Assembly (NCBI GenBank): GCA_964291265.2 | Contig: OZ219747.1 | Location: forward strand, 1,088,001-1,152,000 | Length of the DNA: 64,000 nt | Direction of reading: 5' to 3' | From: Alphaproteobacteria bacterium | GTDB lineage: Bacteria; Pseudomonadota; Alphaproteobacteria; SP197 | Shown here: one piece after another, positions 37,768 to 47,460 of the stretch | How positions within the stretch are numbered: the first letter of the stretch is position 1 | Layout of the letters: every line of letters begins with the position of its first letter | Made by a program: the position numbers and the translations under genes | The notes under the pieces: model-generated | What the model was told of the DNA's origin: nothing | Database searches by the model: none | The model's input: only the letters and a program-made list of their open reading frames with translations

Positions 37768-40280
37768 TCGACGCCAGTCCTGTGCCGGAACAGCTCGCGG
37801 ACGATACTGCCGACCGGCATTTCGTACCCGCTCCCTGCCAGATCGCCTGCCCGGTCGGCACGGATGCACCATCCTACATCGCCCACATCTGGGAGGGCAG
37901 GTTTGCCGAGGCCTTCGAGGCCATCACGGCGACCAACCCCTTCAGTTCGATCTGCGGGCGCGTCTGCGATGCACCCTGTGAACCGGCGTGCCGGCGTGCC
38001 GCAAGCGACGGTCCCTTGCAGATCCGCAATCTCAAGCGCTTCGTCATGGAAAAGCTCGGCGCCGAGTGGGTGCCGGCGGCGGCGGAGGTCACCCGTGAAG
38101 AGAGTATCGGCATCGTTGGAGCCGGACCCGCCGGACTGGTGGCGGCCCACGATCTTGCCGTCGCCGGGTTCAGGGTTGATGTCTACGAGATGACCGACCG
38201 TCCCGGCGGCATGATGATCTGGGGCATTCCCGCGTTTCGCCTGCCTGCCGGCACCCTGCGCGAGGACATGGAGAGGCTGAAGGCCCGCTGTCCTGGTCTC
38301 ACCATCCACACGAACGTTGCCCTGGGCCGGGACATCACGCTGTCCGGGCTCAAGGACCGCCACGATGCAGTGGGGCTGACCATCGGTTCCTGGTGGGGCA
38401 AGACCATGGGGATCCCGGGCGAGGATGACGACCGCGTGATTGATGGCGTCGAGTTCCTGCGCCGGGTCAACGCGGGAGAACGCCCCGAAATGCCCGCAAC
38501 GGTCGTCGTCATTGGCGGCGGTGATGTCGCCATGGACGCCTGTCGTGCCGCCCTGCGCCTGCCGGGATGCGAGGAGGTCAAGGTCATCTACCGCCGTGGT
38601 CCGGAAGACATCCCGGCACGAAAGATCGAACTCGAGGGCGCCATCGAGGAAGGCATCGAGTTCATCTACAACACGCAGCAGGTCAGGGTTCTCTCCGACA
38701 ACGAGGATCACCTGAGATTGCGCTGTGTCCGCACCAGAGCCGGTGAACCGGATGCAGATGGCCGCCGGCGACCGGTGACGATCGAGGGGGCCGAGCATGA
38801 CGTCATCTGCGGCATGGTCATCGCTGCGGTCGGGCAGTACGGCGCCTGCGAAGATCCCGCCACGCGGGACCTCATGTCCGGCGATCGCGTGCGGACCGAC
38901 TGGGAGACCATGCGGACCGATGATCCGCAGGTCTTTGCCGCCGGTGACGGCGCCTTCGGGGGCTCGACCATCGTCATGGCCATGAGCCATGGCCAGCGGC
39001 TTGCCTACTACATCAAGGCATGGCTCGAAGGCATCGATGATCCTGTTCCCTATCGTACGCCATGGAGGACGCGGCGCGTGCCGGTGGCCCAGGACCTCAA
39101 GTGGGAACTCCTGGGCCTGCACCATCCGCCGTTCCACGGTGTGGGTGACAATCCGGTTGCGTTCCCGGAAATCGAGTCGACCTACACCTGGGAGGAGGCG
39201 CGCAACGAGGCGGCGAGATGCTATCGCTGTGACGCCGAGACAGGCTCGGCCGACTACTCCGTCGCCAACCGCGAAGACATCTTCCTGATGGCGCGGACGA
39301 AGCGCGAAGACACAGAGCGTCAAGTTGGCATGCTGGCCAAGCGCCTGCGGTCGCGTGACAATCCGTTTCCCGGGGATCGTCCGGCCACGGTCGACGACCT
39401 CGTTTTCCTGCCGGCCAATCTGTCGAGGCTGGTGATCGACCCCTATCGCGAGGCCTGCAGGGTGGCGACGAACCTCGGTGCCGGACGGATGGAGGTGGCG
39501 CAGCCCTTCTTCGTGTCAGGCTTTGACAACGCACCGGCGGATGTGAGGCGCGGGGTTGGCCTGGGAATCTCGCAGGCGGCGGCAGGCTACATCGGCATGC
39601 GGCCGATCGCCGAGGACGTGCCGTGGTTCCAGCTGGTGGTGGAGGGACAGATTCCACCGCGGCACGAAGCCCGTGGCCTCATTCACGTCATCGGTCCACG
39701 CTTCGAGGCGCCAGCGCAGATCCGGCGGTTGCGCGAGAACCAGATCCTCGGGCTTGCGGTATCCCACAGGAGCGCTCTCGAGGATGCCATCCGTTTCGCA
39801 CTCGATCAGGGTCTCGATGTCCTGTTGGTCAACGGCAACACCGCCACCGGGTGCGACTGGCCGGAACTCACTGGCGCTCCCGACCTCTCGCTCATGCGCG
39901 ACACCATTGCCTGCCTGCGTCGGCTCGACATGGAAGAGGAAATCGACATCCTCTGGTTCGGCGGCCTGCGTTCCGGGACGGATGCCGCCAAGTTCATCGC
40001 CATGGGAGCGAAGTCGCTGGTCTTCGGCATGACGGTGGCCCTGGCCGCCGGAGCCGAGTTCGACGAATCCCACCGGCTTCGGTTCGCCCCGGACATCACG
40101 GTCGACGAGTGCTCTCGGGCGGTCGCCAACATCCTCAAGTCGGCGGCGGGAGAGGCCTCGATGATGGCCCGCTGCACCGGCAAGACCAATCTCCACAACC
40201 TGGAGCCCGAGGACCTGCGCGCCCTCACGCTCGCCACCGCCGAGGCCACCGGACTGGTCCTTGCCGGACACACGCACTGA
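37764..40280 (+). CDS. GltD-like FAD/Fe-S oxidoreductase fused to a degenerate GlxD-like barrel
   Basis: CQIACP, CGRVCDAPCE, GAGPAG, GGGDVAMD; C-terminal DDLVFLPANLSR and GKTNLHNLEPEDL. Confidence 0.8.
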   Translation: MIDASPVPEQLADDTADRHFVPAPCQIACPVGTDAPSYIAHIWEGRFAEAFEAITATNPFSSICGRVCDAPCEPACRRAASDGPLQIRNLKRFVMEKLGAEWVPAAAEVTREESIGIVGAGPAGLVAAHDLAVAGFRVDVYEMTDRPGGMMIWGIPAFRLPAGTLREDMERLKARCPGLTIHTNVALGRDITLSGLKDRHDAVGLTIGSWWGKTMGIPGEDDDRVIDGVEFLRRVNAGERPEMPATVVVIGGGDVAMDACRAALRLPGCEEVKVIYRRGPEDIPARKIELEGAIEEGIEFIYNTQQVRVLSDNEDHLRLRCVRTRAGEPDADGRRRPVTIEGAEHDVICGMVIAAVGQYGACEDPATRDLMSGDRVRTDWETMRTDDPQVFAAGDGAFGGSTIVMAMSHGQRLAYYIKAWLEGIDDPVPYRTPWRTRRVPVAQDLKWELLGLHHPPFHGVGDNPVAFPEIESTYTWEEARNEAARCYRCDAETGSADYSVANREDIFLMARTKREDTERQVGMLAKRLRSRDNPFPGDRPATVDDLVFLPANLSRLVIDPYREACRVATNLGAGRMEVAQPFFVSGFDNAPADVRRGVGLGISQAAAGYIGMRPIAEDVPWFQLVVEGQIPPRHEARGLIHVIGPRFEAPAQIRRLRENQILGLAVSHRSALEDAIRFALDQGLDVLLVNGNTATGCDWPELTGAPDLSLMRDTIACLRRLDMEEEIDILWFGGLRSGTDAAKFIAMGAKSLVFGMTVALAAGAEFDESHRLRFAPDITVDECSRAVANILKSAAGEASMMARCTGKTNLHNLEPEDLRALTLATAEATGLVLAGHTH

Positions 40281-40339
40281 CGACCGCTATCAGGTTCTTC
40301 CTGCGCGACCCTCGAATGGTTCGGCGCTGAATGCCGTCT

Positions 40340-40909
40340 TCAGGATCGTGTGGCGGAGGCAAGATCGACGACCCTCGGGTCGTATCCGCAGGCCGCAAGA
40401 AAGCGCCGGAGATCGTGCGGAAGGAGAGCTGTCGTCCGATTGTTGACGAGCGGATGCAGGTTGACGAGGTCCGCTTCCATGATGGCGTGATCGATGACGA
40501 CACCGATCTGCTCGCCGGTGTCATTGATCAGGGCGAGGGGAGTCACGGCCCCGGGCTCGACGCCGAGTATGTCACGCACCCGTTCGGGGCGGGCGAAACT
40601 CAGGCGCGCCGAGCCGATCAGTCCGGCAAGGGCCTTGAGGTCGAGTTCGCGCGATTCCTCGACCACGGTGAGCCAAAGCCGTGCCTTCCTGTCCTTGAAG
40701 AACAGTGTCTTGCAGTGAATTCCCGGGAGGCTGCCAGCCGTGCCTTCCTGTCCTTGAAGAACAGTGTCGCAGTGAATTCCCGGGAGGCTGCCACGCAGCG
40801 CGCGGTTGTCGGCCACCGTGTGCACGGGTTGATGTTCATGGGTCGTGCACGGGATGCCGAGCTCGCCGAGTCTGGCCAGCAGGTCGCCGGGTGTTGCCTT
40901 GCCTGGCAT
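40340..40909 (-). CDS. YbaK/ProX family aminoacyl-tRNA editing protein with internal duplication
   Basis: HEH.PVHTV, KTLFFKD, LSFA, LGVEPGAVTP, HPLVN..T. Confidence 0.85.
   Translation of the reverse strand: MPGKATPGDLLARLGELGIPCTTHEHQPVHTVADNRALRGSLPGIHCDTVLQGQEGTAGSLPGIHCKTLFFKDRKARLWLTVVEESRELDLKALAGLIGSARLSFARPERVRDILGVEPGAVTPLALINDTGEQIGVVIDHAIMEADLVNLHPLVNNRTTALLPHDLRRFLAACGYDPRVVDLASATRS
40677..40792. repeat. Tandem direct repeat, 59 bp + 57 bp
   Basis: 40677-40735 and 40736-40792 are identical except for a TT missing in the second copy. Confidence 0.95.
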
Positions 40910-41062
40910 CGTCGTCGTCGGTCGGTTCATGGGACATGTCATCCACTCAGGGGGGCAATCAGGTGGCGGCTTTCCGGCCATCGACAAATGTCCTACACTT
41001 CCGGAGACCTGCCGCAAGGGTCCCTGAACACTCGTCGATCATACTTGGGAGGATCCAGGGAG

Positions 41063-42511
41063 ATGACTGATCAATTGAGTTCGCTGACGATCATCTTCAC
41101 GGAATTCTACTACTGGGTCACAGTCGTCATCATGTTCCTGATCCATGTAGGATTCTGTGTCTACGAGGTCGGCGCGTCGCGCCGCAAGAATCTGCAGCAC
41201 ACGTTGATGAAGAACACGATGCTGATCCCTCTGGTCACCATCACGTTCTTCTATTTTGGCTGGTGGATCTATTTCGCCTTCCCCCACTTCCCGATGATGG
41301 GCGGATTTCTCGATGCACCCTTCGCCGTGCCGTGGTCCGAGGTCATGGGCACCCACATGGGTGGTGCGGTCACCGTTCAGACCTCGAGTCTGACGGCGGA
41401 CGACACCATGTACTGGTCACGCATCAACGGGGTCTTCTGGGCAGCGTTCCTGCTGTTCTCGTGGACCACCGCGTCCATTGTCTCCGGCGCCGTCATCGAA
41501 CGCATCAAGACCCAGGCGTTCCTGCTGGCGGTGGTTCTTGTCGGTTCGGTGACATGGATCATCGATGCCGCCTGGGGCTGGAGCTGGAATGGCTGGATGG
41601 TGCAGCTGTGGGGCTATCACGATGCCTACGCATCCTCGGTGGTGCACGGCATTGCCGGTGGCTCGGCGCTGGGCATCCTGGTCGTACTGGGTCCCAGACT
41701 CGGCAAGTTCGCGGCCGATGGTACGCCTCGCGACATACCTCAGAACAACCCCTGGCTCGTCACGGTCGGGCTGTTCCTGATCTACACCGGGTTCTGGGGG
41801 TTCTATGCCGCATGCAACATTCCCATCCTCGACTACACCGCTGATGTCATGGGAGCCGAAGGCGACCCCTTCTTCACGGCGACCAACATCTATCTGACAC
41901 CGACATCGCTTTCCGCCATTACCTTCAACTTCCTGATGTCGCTCTCTGGCGGCCTCCTGGCGGGCTATCTGGTCTCGCGGGGCCAGCCGTTCTGGAGCTA
42001 TTCTGGCGGTCTTGCGGGCGTCATCTGTGCGTCCGCGGGCAACGACCTCTACCATCCGATCGAGTCGATGATCATCGCCATGATCGGTGTGTGGATCGCC
42101 TACAGGATGCACCACTGGGTGGAGCGGAAGTTCAAGATCGACGATGCGGTGGGGGCCGTTGCCGTGCACGGTTATGCCGGTTTCGCGGGAACAGTGATCG
42201 CCGGCTTCATGCTCTGGGGCTATCCCTCCAACGTCGCCTACGAAGCAGGGGGCTGGTTCGGCAACACCGACGGTGTGGCATCCATCAATCCGCTCGGCAA
42301 TTTCCTCGGCGCCATGTTGATGTTCTGGCTCCTTGGCTTCCTGCCCTGCTGGGCGCTGGCCAAGGTCCTCGATGGCCTGGGCTGGCTGCGTGTGCCGCGC
42401 GAAGTCGAGCTTGCCGGTCTCGACACCCATGACTACGGGGATGCCTTCCCGTATCACGCCTATCGGGACACGGCGATGGAAGACATTGACCGCGATCTCG
42501 CGAAGAACTGA
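41063..42511 (+). CDS. amt: Ammonium/methylammonium transporter (Amt family)
   Basis: SIVSGAVIER, VVHG, GPRLGKF, DDAVGAVAVHG; start trimmed to ATG 41063 after GGGAG. Confidence 0.9.
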   Translation: MTDQLSSLTIIFTEFYYWVTVVIMFLIHVGFCVYEVGASRRKNLQHTLMKNTMLIPLVTITFFYFGWWIYFAFPHFPMMGGFLDAPFAVPWSEVMGTHMGGAVTVQTSSLTADDTMYWSRINGVFWAAFLLFSWTTASIVSGAVIERIKTQAFLLAVVLVGSVTWIIDAAWGWSWNGWMVQLWGYHDAYASSVVHGIAGGSALGILVVLGPRLGKFAADGTPRDIPQNNPWLVTVGLFLIYTGFWGFYAACNIPILDYTADVMGAEGDPFFTATNIYLTPTSLSAITFNFLMSLSGGLLAGYLVSRGQPFWSYSGGLAGVICASAGNDLYHPIESMIIAMIGVWIAYRMHHWVERKFKIDDAVGAVAVHGYAGFAGTVIAGFMLWGYPSNVAYEAGGWFGNTDGVASINPLGNFLGAMLMFWLLGFLPCWALAKVLDGLGWLRVPREVELAGLDTHDYGDAFPYHAYRDTAMEDIDRDLAKN

Positions 42512-42538
42512 GCGGTCCCGGAAAGGAGACAGGAAACC

Positions 42539-42772
42539 ATGTCTACCAATGTTGAAAGCTGGTCCGATGTTGCGTCTCTGGGCGCCATCTATCCCTTCCC
42601 GGGAATTGAATGGCTCCTCGTCCTGGCTGGCGTCGCCATCTGGGTGATCTGGCACGTCTGGCAGATCCGTTCGGAGGATTCCGAATACGATGCCGCCGTC
42701 AGGCACTACAAGGACATCGGCCTCGACAAGGCCCTCGATCATCGAGGGCGCCACGACGCCATGCTCGACTGA
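42539..42772 (+). CDS. Small single-TM protein downstream of amt
   Basis: Strong RBS; GAIYPFPG.E then a TM helix ending WHVWQ. Confidence 0.7.
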   Translation: MSTNVESWSDVASLGAIYPFPGIEWLLVLAGVAIWVIWHVWQIRSEDSEYDAAVRHYKDIGLDKALDHRGRHDAMLD

Positions 42773-42789
42773 CGGGCAGTGACACGAGC

Positions 42790-42853
42790 CAGGGGGCGAT
42801 GACCCACTGCCCCCTGTGCCACGCGACCGGGGGATGGCATGCGCCATCCCCCG
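42790..42853 (+). terminator. Two tandem GC-rich hairpins after the amt operon
   Basis: CAGGGGGC/GCCCCCTG and CGGGGGATGGC-ATGC-GCCATCCCCCG; no U-tract. Confidence 0.35.
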
Positions 42854-43254
42854 ATTGCATTCCAGGGAATCCGGTCCAGGCGACGGCACCGGAATCCGGT
42901 TTCCCTGCGACGCCTGTGTCGAGATCCCCGATTGGCCACGGCCGATACCGCGTGACAGCGGGCTGTGCCGAGCGGAACTCTCAGGCAGGGCCAAGCGTCA
43001 GCGTGACGACACCTTCGTGCGGCGCCGCATCTCACCCTTGGCGATGCAGCAAGACTTCTTCTGCGGTCCGCTGACGTCGGGCGCGCGACACCCGGCAGCC
43101 TGCCGGGTGGCGGGGTGCCGATCCTGAACGCCACCGGTCACCGCAGGTCGTGCCGGGCCGTATCCCCGGAAGGGTGGCGGACTGTCATCATGCGTGCTGC
43201 AGAGCGGCCATCCGGGACTGGAGAAGCGGGGGCCCGGCGGGTATCGTTGCGGCC

Positions 43255-43476
43255 ATGAAGCAGGAACTCGACGTGCGGGGGCTCGCCTGTCCCCTGCCGG
43301 TTCTCAAGGCGCGCAAACGCCTCAAGGAGATGGCGAGCGGGGATGTTCTCGTCGTTCATGCCACGGATCCCGGTTCGCAGAAGGACTTCAGGGCCTTTGC
43401 CGAAACCACCGGCCATCTTCTGGTCGCCACGTCGACGGATGCCGGGGTCTACACGTTCGAGATCCGTCGCCGATGA
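43255..43476 (+). CDS. tusA: TusA family sulfurtransferase
   Basis: LDVRGLACPLP, ATDP...D. Confidence 0.85.
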   Translation: MKQELDVRGLACPLPVLKARKRLKEMASGDVLVVHATDPGSQKDFRAFAETTGHLLVATSTDAGVYTFEIRRR

Positions 43477-43522
43477 TCCCTGTCTTGCTGATTGTCGCGT
43501 CATGGTCTAGGTTCATCCCGGT

Positions 43523-43612
43523 CACTCACGGGGAGCTCCTTGGGAGCTGAGAGATGCCGGAAGGCATCGACCCGCTGAACCTGATCCGGATCATGCCGGC
43601 GTAGGGATTGAG
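43523..43612 (+). ncRNA. TPP riboswitch
   Basis: GGGG...GCTGAGA...ACCCG.TGAACCTGATCCGG.TCATGCCGGCGTAGGGA upstream of thiB. Confidence 0.95.
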
Positions 43613-43673
43613 GCGACGGTCTTTTCTCAAGAGGACGATCCCCTCCCCCGGCGCCGGCGCCAAAGGAGGAACC

Positions 43674-44669
43674 ATGTCAAGGACAGCGTCCTTTCTGTCG
43701 GCTGCCCTGCTGACCATCCTGTCAGCGCGTGCCGACACGCTTGATGTCTACACCTACGAGTCCTTCGTCAGCGAGTGGGGCCCGGGACCGCAGGTCGAGG
43801 AGGCCTTCGAGGCCCGTTGCGACTGCACCATTCGCTGGACGGCGGTCGATGACGCCGCGATCCTGCTGTCGAGATTGCGTCTCGAGGGCTCAGGCGGAGA
43901 CGCGGACGTGGTGCTCGGGCTCGACACCAACCTCATGGCCGAAACCCTCGATCACGGACTTGTCCGCCGGCATGGCCTCGGCGACCTGGAGTTCGATCTC
44001 CCCGTTCCATGGGACGATCCCGTCTTCGTTCCCTTCGACTACGGGTACCTCGCCGTCATCTACGACAACCAGGCGCTGCCTCAGCCACCGGCATCACTCG
44101 GTGACCTGGTGGCGGGGGGCAACGGCGCCGATCTCATCATCCAGGATCCCCGCACCAGCACCCCGGGGCTGGGCCTCATGCTGTGGATGAAAGCCGTCTA
44201 CGGTGATGCCGCCGCTGATGCCTGGCGCTCACTGTCATCACGTGTCCTCACGGTCACTGCAGGCTGGAGTGAGGCCTACGGACTGTTCCTGGAGGGCGAG
44301 GCGCCGATGGTGCTGAGCTACACCACTTCTCCTGCCTATCATCAGCTCGTCGAGGACGAGACGCGTTACCGTGCCGCCATGTTCGAGGAGGGCCACTATA
44401 TGCAGATCGAGGTGGCGGCCATGGTCGAGGGTACGGACCAGGAGAACCTCGCCCGCGATTTTCTGCGCTTCATCGCCACGCCGGGGTTCCAGGGCGCCAT
44501 CCCCACCGGGAACTGGATGTACCCGGTCATCGATCTTGGTGACGATCTTCCGGACGTCTTCCGGGAACTGCCCCTGCCTGACGTGTCGCTGCTGTTGTCG
44601 CCGGAAGACGTTGGCGCCATGCGCAGACAATGGATCGACGAATGGCTGGAGGCAGCCATCGGAGAGTGA
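43674..44669 (+). CDS. thiB: Thiamine ABC transporter substrate-binding protein
   Basis: YTYESF.SEWGPGP, QDPRTSTPG, SYTTSPAYH. Confidence 0.93.
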   Translation: MSRTASFLSAALLTILSARADTLDVYTYESFVSEWGPGPQVEEAFEARCDCTIRWTAVDDAAILLSRLRLEGSGGDADVVLGLDTNLMAETLDHGLVRRHGLGDLEFDLPVPWDDPVFVPFDYGYLAVIYDNQALPQPPASLGDLVAGGNGADLIIQDPRTSTPGLGLMLWMKAVYGDAAADAWRSLSSRVLTVTAGWSEAYGLFLEGEAPMVLSYTTSPAYHQLVEDETRYRAAMFEEGHYMQIEVAAMVEGTDQENLARDFLRFIATPGFQGAIPTGNWMYPVIDLGDDLPDVFRELPLPDVSLLLSPEDVGAMRRQWIDEWLEAAIGE

Positions 44670-46267
44670 TGGTCGGTCTGCGGCGCCTGCTTTGGCCCGG
44701 AGTAGCGGCGCTCGTCGCTTCTCCGGGCCTGGCGGTGCTGGCGCTCTTGGCGCTTCTCGATGCCGCGCCCCCCGGAGAATCGGGACGCCTGCTTGACCGC
44801 TATGCGCTTCACGTACTTGCCTTCACGGTCCTCCAGGCAACGCTCTCGACGGTGCTTTCCCTCGTGTTCGCCATACCCCTTGCCCGAGCACTGGCGCGCC
44901 GTCCGGACTTTCCGGGGCGCGGCATCGTCATCCGTCTCTTCGGCATCCCATTGGTTCTGCCGGCCATCGTCGCCGTGTTCGGGGTGGTGGCCGTGTGGGG
45001 ACGGAACGGCGCCGTCAATACCGCGCTGGGAACGGCCGGAATGCCGGGCCTTGGTCCGATCTACGGCCTCGAGGGCATTCTCATTGCCCACACCTTCTTC
45101 AACATACCGCTTGCCGTGCGCCTCATGCTGCCGGCCTGGGAGTCCATTCCCGGGGAGACGTGGAGGCTGGCAGCGCAGCTGGGCATGACCTCCTGGCCGA
45201 TCTTCCAGCTGATCGAGTGGCCCCGCCTCGCGGAGGTTCTGCCCGGCATTGCCATGCTGGCCTTTCTTCTCACGTTCTCGAGCTTCACCGTCGTTCTGGC
45301 ACTGGGCGGCGGCCCGGGCGCAGCAACCCTCGAGGTGGCGATCTACCAGGCGCTGAGACTGGACTTCGACATCGTCCGTGCCGTGTTCCTCGCCCTGCTC
45401 CAGGTGGTGATCTGCGCCACCGTCGCCACTGTTCTCTTCCGCCTTGCCCACTTTTCCTGGAGCGAGGCAGGCGTGGGCCGGATCACCAGGCGCCCTGATT
45501 CCCTTGGCCGGCCTGGCCGCATCGGCGATGCCCTCTTGATCGCCGCCGGCATCTTCTGGGTGGGCGCGCCTCTGGCCGGAGTGGCGATTGCCGGTCTGAC
45601 CGGCCCACTGGCTGACGTTCTCGCCCGCCAGGATGTCTGGCTTGCCGCGTTGCGCAGTGTCCTGGTGGGTCTTGGCGCCGGTGTCTTTGCCGTCACCGTC
45701 GGTCTCCTGCTCGCCGCTACCTCCTGCGACCTGGCGATGCGCCGACACCGCCGCCGTCTGGCGGATGTTCTCGAGATTGCCGGCAGCCAGACCCTCATCG
45801 TGTCACCGGTGGTGCTGGGTGCCGGCCTCTTCGTTCTTCTTCTGGGGCATGTCCGGGTGTTCGACTGGGCCCTGCCGCTTGCTGCCCTGGTCAATGGCCT
45901 GGTCTCCGTCCCCTACGTGCTGCGGCTCGTTTCTCCGGTCCTGCGTCGCACCGCGGCCCACCATGACCGGCTGTGCGCCAGCCTCGGTCTTGCGGGCATG
46001 CGCCGGATCGTCTGGCTCGAGGGGCCTCTCGTGCTTCGCCCGCTGGCGACGGCGCTGGCCCTGGCAACGGCACTGGCCGCAGGGGACCTCACGGCCATCG
46101 CGCTGTTCGGGACCGCGCGCGAGGCGACCCTTGCCCTGCTTCTCTACCGGGCGCTGGGCAGCTATCGCATGGATGAGGCTGCCGTGATCGCACTGCTCCT
46201 GGTCGTGGTGTGCCTTGCCATATTCGTTGCCATCGAGGGTCTTGGCCGTGTCGCCGCCCGGGCTTGA
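44669..46267 (+). CDS. thiP: Thiamine ABC transporter permease
   Basis: FTV.QA.LST, AH.FFN.PL, LGGGP...TLE. Confidence 0.9.
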   Translation: MVGLRRLLWPGVAALVASPGLAVLALLALLDAAPPGESGRLLDRYALHVLAFTVLQATLSTVLSLVFAIPLARALARRPDFPGRGIVIRLFGIPLVLPAIVAVFGVVAVWGRNGAVNTALGTAGMPGLGPIYGLEGILIAHTFFNIPLAVRLMLPAWESIPGETWRLAAQLGMTSWPIFQLIEWPRLAEVLPGIAMLAFLLTFSSFTVVLALGGGPGAATLEVAIYQALRLDFDIVRAVFLALLQVVICATVATVLFRLAHFSWSEAGVGRITRRPDSLGRPGRIGDALLIAAGIFWVGAPLAGVAIAGLTGPLADVLARQDVWLAALRSVLVGLGAGVFAVTVGLLLAATSCDLAMRRHRRRLADVLEIAGSQTLIVSPVVLGAGLFVLLLGHVRVFDWALPLAALVNGLVSVPYVLRLVSPVLRRTAAHHDRLCASLGLAGMRRIVWLEGPLVLRPLATALALATALAAGDLTAIALFGTAREATLALLLYRALGSYRMDEAAVIALLLVVVCLAIFVAIEGLGRVAARA

Positions 46268-46979
46268 ACTCGACGGCATAGCCTTTCGCCGGGGCGGCTG
46301 GACGCTTGCCGCCGACCTTGCGGTACGCCGCGGCGAGTTGCTGGCGCTCATCGGTGCCAGCGGTGCAGGCAAGAGTACGCTGTTGTCGCTGGCCGCCGGG
46401 TTCGAAAGGCCGCTCTCGGGGCGTGTTCTCGTTCATGGGAGGGTGGTGACGGATCGTCCCCCGGCATCGCGACTGATCACGACGCTCTTTCAGGAGCACA
46501 ACCTCTTTGCCCATCTCCCGGCTCTCGACAACGTCGCCCTTGGTCTTGACCCCGGTCTGAGACTGACGGCAGCCGATCGGCGAACGGCCCACGAGGCCCT
46601 CTCCCGCGTGGAACTCGAGACCATGGCGCATCGGAGGCCCGGCGAGTTGTCCGGTGGCGAGCGCCAGCGGGTCGCCATTGCAAGGGCGCTGGTCATGAAA
46701 CGTCCCGTGTTGCTTCTCGACGAACCGTTCGCGGCGCTCGGACCGGCGTTGCGGCGCACCATGCTCGATCTCGTGTCGGGGCTGGCAAGCGAGTCCGGCC
46801 TGACTGTCGTGATGGTCTCCCATGATCCCGCGGACGCCCGGCGCATTGCCGACTCGGTGGCGTTCATGGACAGTGGACGCATTCTCCTCACCGGACCCGT
46901 GGACTCCGTTCTTGAAACCCCGGTGCTGCCGGAACTGGTGCGCTATCTCGATCCCGACTGCGATCCGGGATCGTCATGA
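46248..46979 (+). CDS. thiQ: Thiamine ABC transporter ATPase
   Basis: GASGAGKS, FQEHNLF.HL, LSGGERQR, LLDEPF. Confidence 0.9.
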   Translation: MSPPGLELDGIAFRRGGWTLAADLAVRRGELLALIGASGAGKSTLLSLAAGFERPLSGRVLVHGRVVTDRPPASRLITTLFQEHNLFAHLPALDNVALGLDPGLRLTAADRRTAHEALSRVELETMAHRRPGELSGGERQRVAIARALVMKRPVLLLDEPFAALGPALRRTMLDLVSGLASESGLTVVMVSHDPADARRIADSVAFMDSGRILLTGPVDSVLETPVLPELVRYLDPDCDPGSS

Positions 46980-47377
46980 ATCGCCAGGGCGGCGGCAAGG
47001 GCTGACCTTTCAGGTCCGGCGACGAGGGTACTGGCGAACACTTCGCCAGGTTCCATGAACCGCATGTCGATCTCCTCGCCCGCGGGCACACACGGAGAAT
47101 CGTCCGACTCGACGAGGTAGTAGACCGGCGTGTAGGGCGCCAGCGTCCACGGGCTGATCAGGGTTCCCGGGTCGTGGAGTTCCCGCACGATCCGGATTTC
47201 CATTCCGGCCTCTTCCCGGAACTCCCTCCTCAGTGCCTCTCTCGCCGTTTCGGCATCGCCCACTCCTCCGCCCGGATACTTCCACACGAAGAGTTCCTCG
47301 ACGTACTCGGCGGCAATGAGGACATGGCGGTTGCGCAGGAGGACGCCGTAGACACGATAGTTCTGGGGATGGGTCAT
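46943..47377 (-). CDS. NUDIX hydrolase
   Basis: Nudix box GG...AE....ALRREFREEAG. Confidence 0.85.
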   Translation of the reverse strand: MTHPQNYRVYGVLLRNRHVLIAAEYVEELFVWKYPGGGVGDAETAREALRREFREEAGMEIRIVRELHDPGTLISPWTLAPYTPVYYLVESDDSPCVPAGEEIDMRFMEPGEVFASTLVAGPERSALAAALAIHDDPGSQSGSR

Positions 47378-47460
47378 GAGGCGGGCACCGAGCACTTTCG
47401 TGTCATGAGGGATTGTCTGTTGTAGAAACAGTGATCGTCGTCTCTACTGGAAGACCTGCC

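Noticed and set aside
40677-40792. CRISPR array
   Set aside because: Two adjacent copies without a spacer; no array or cas gene seen anywhere in the window.
40331-41062. Long N-terminal extension of Amt
   Set aside because: Antisense to the YbaK/ProX gene; a good RBS and start exist at 41063.
42965-42992. Glycine riboswitch-like AACTCTCAGGCA
   Set aside because: Rest of the aptamer not found and no fitting downstream gene.
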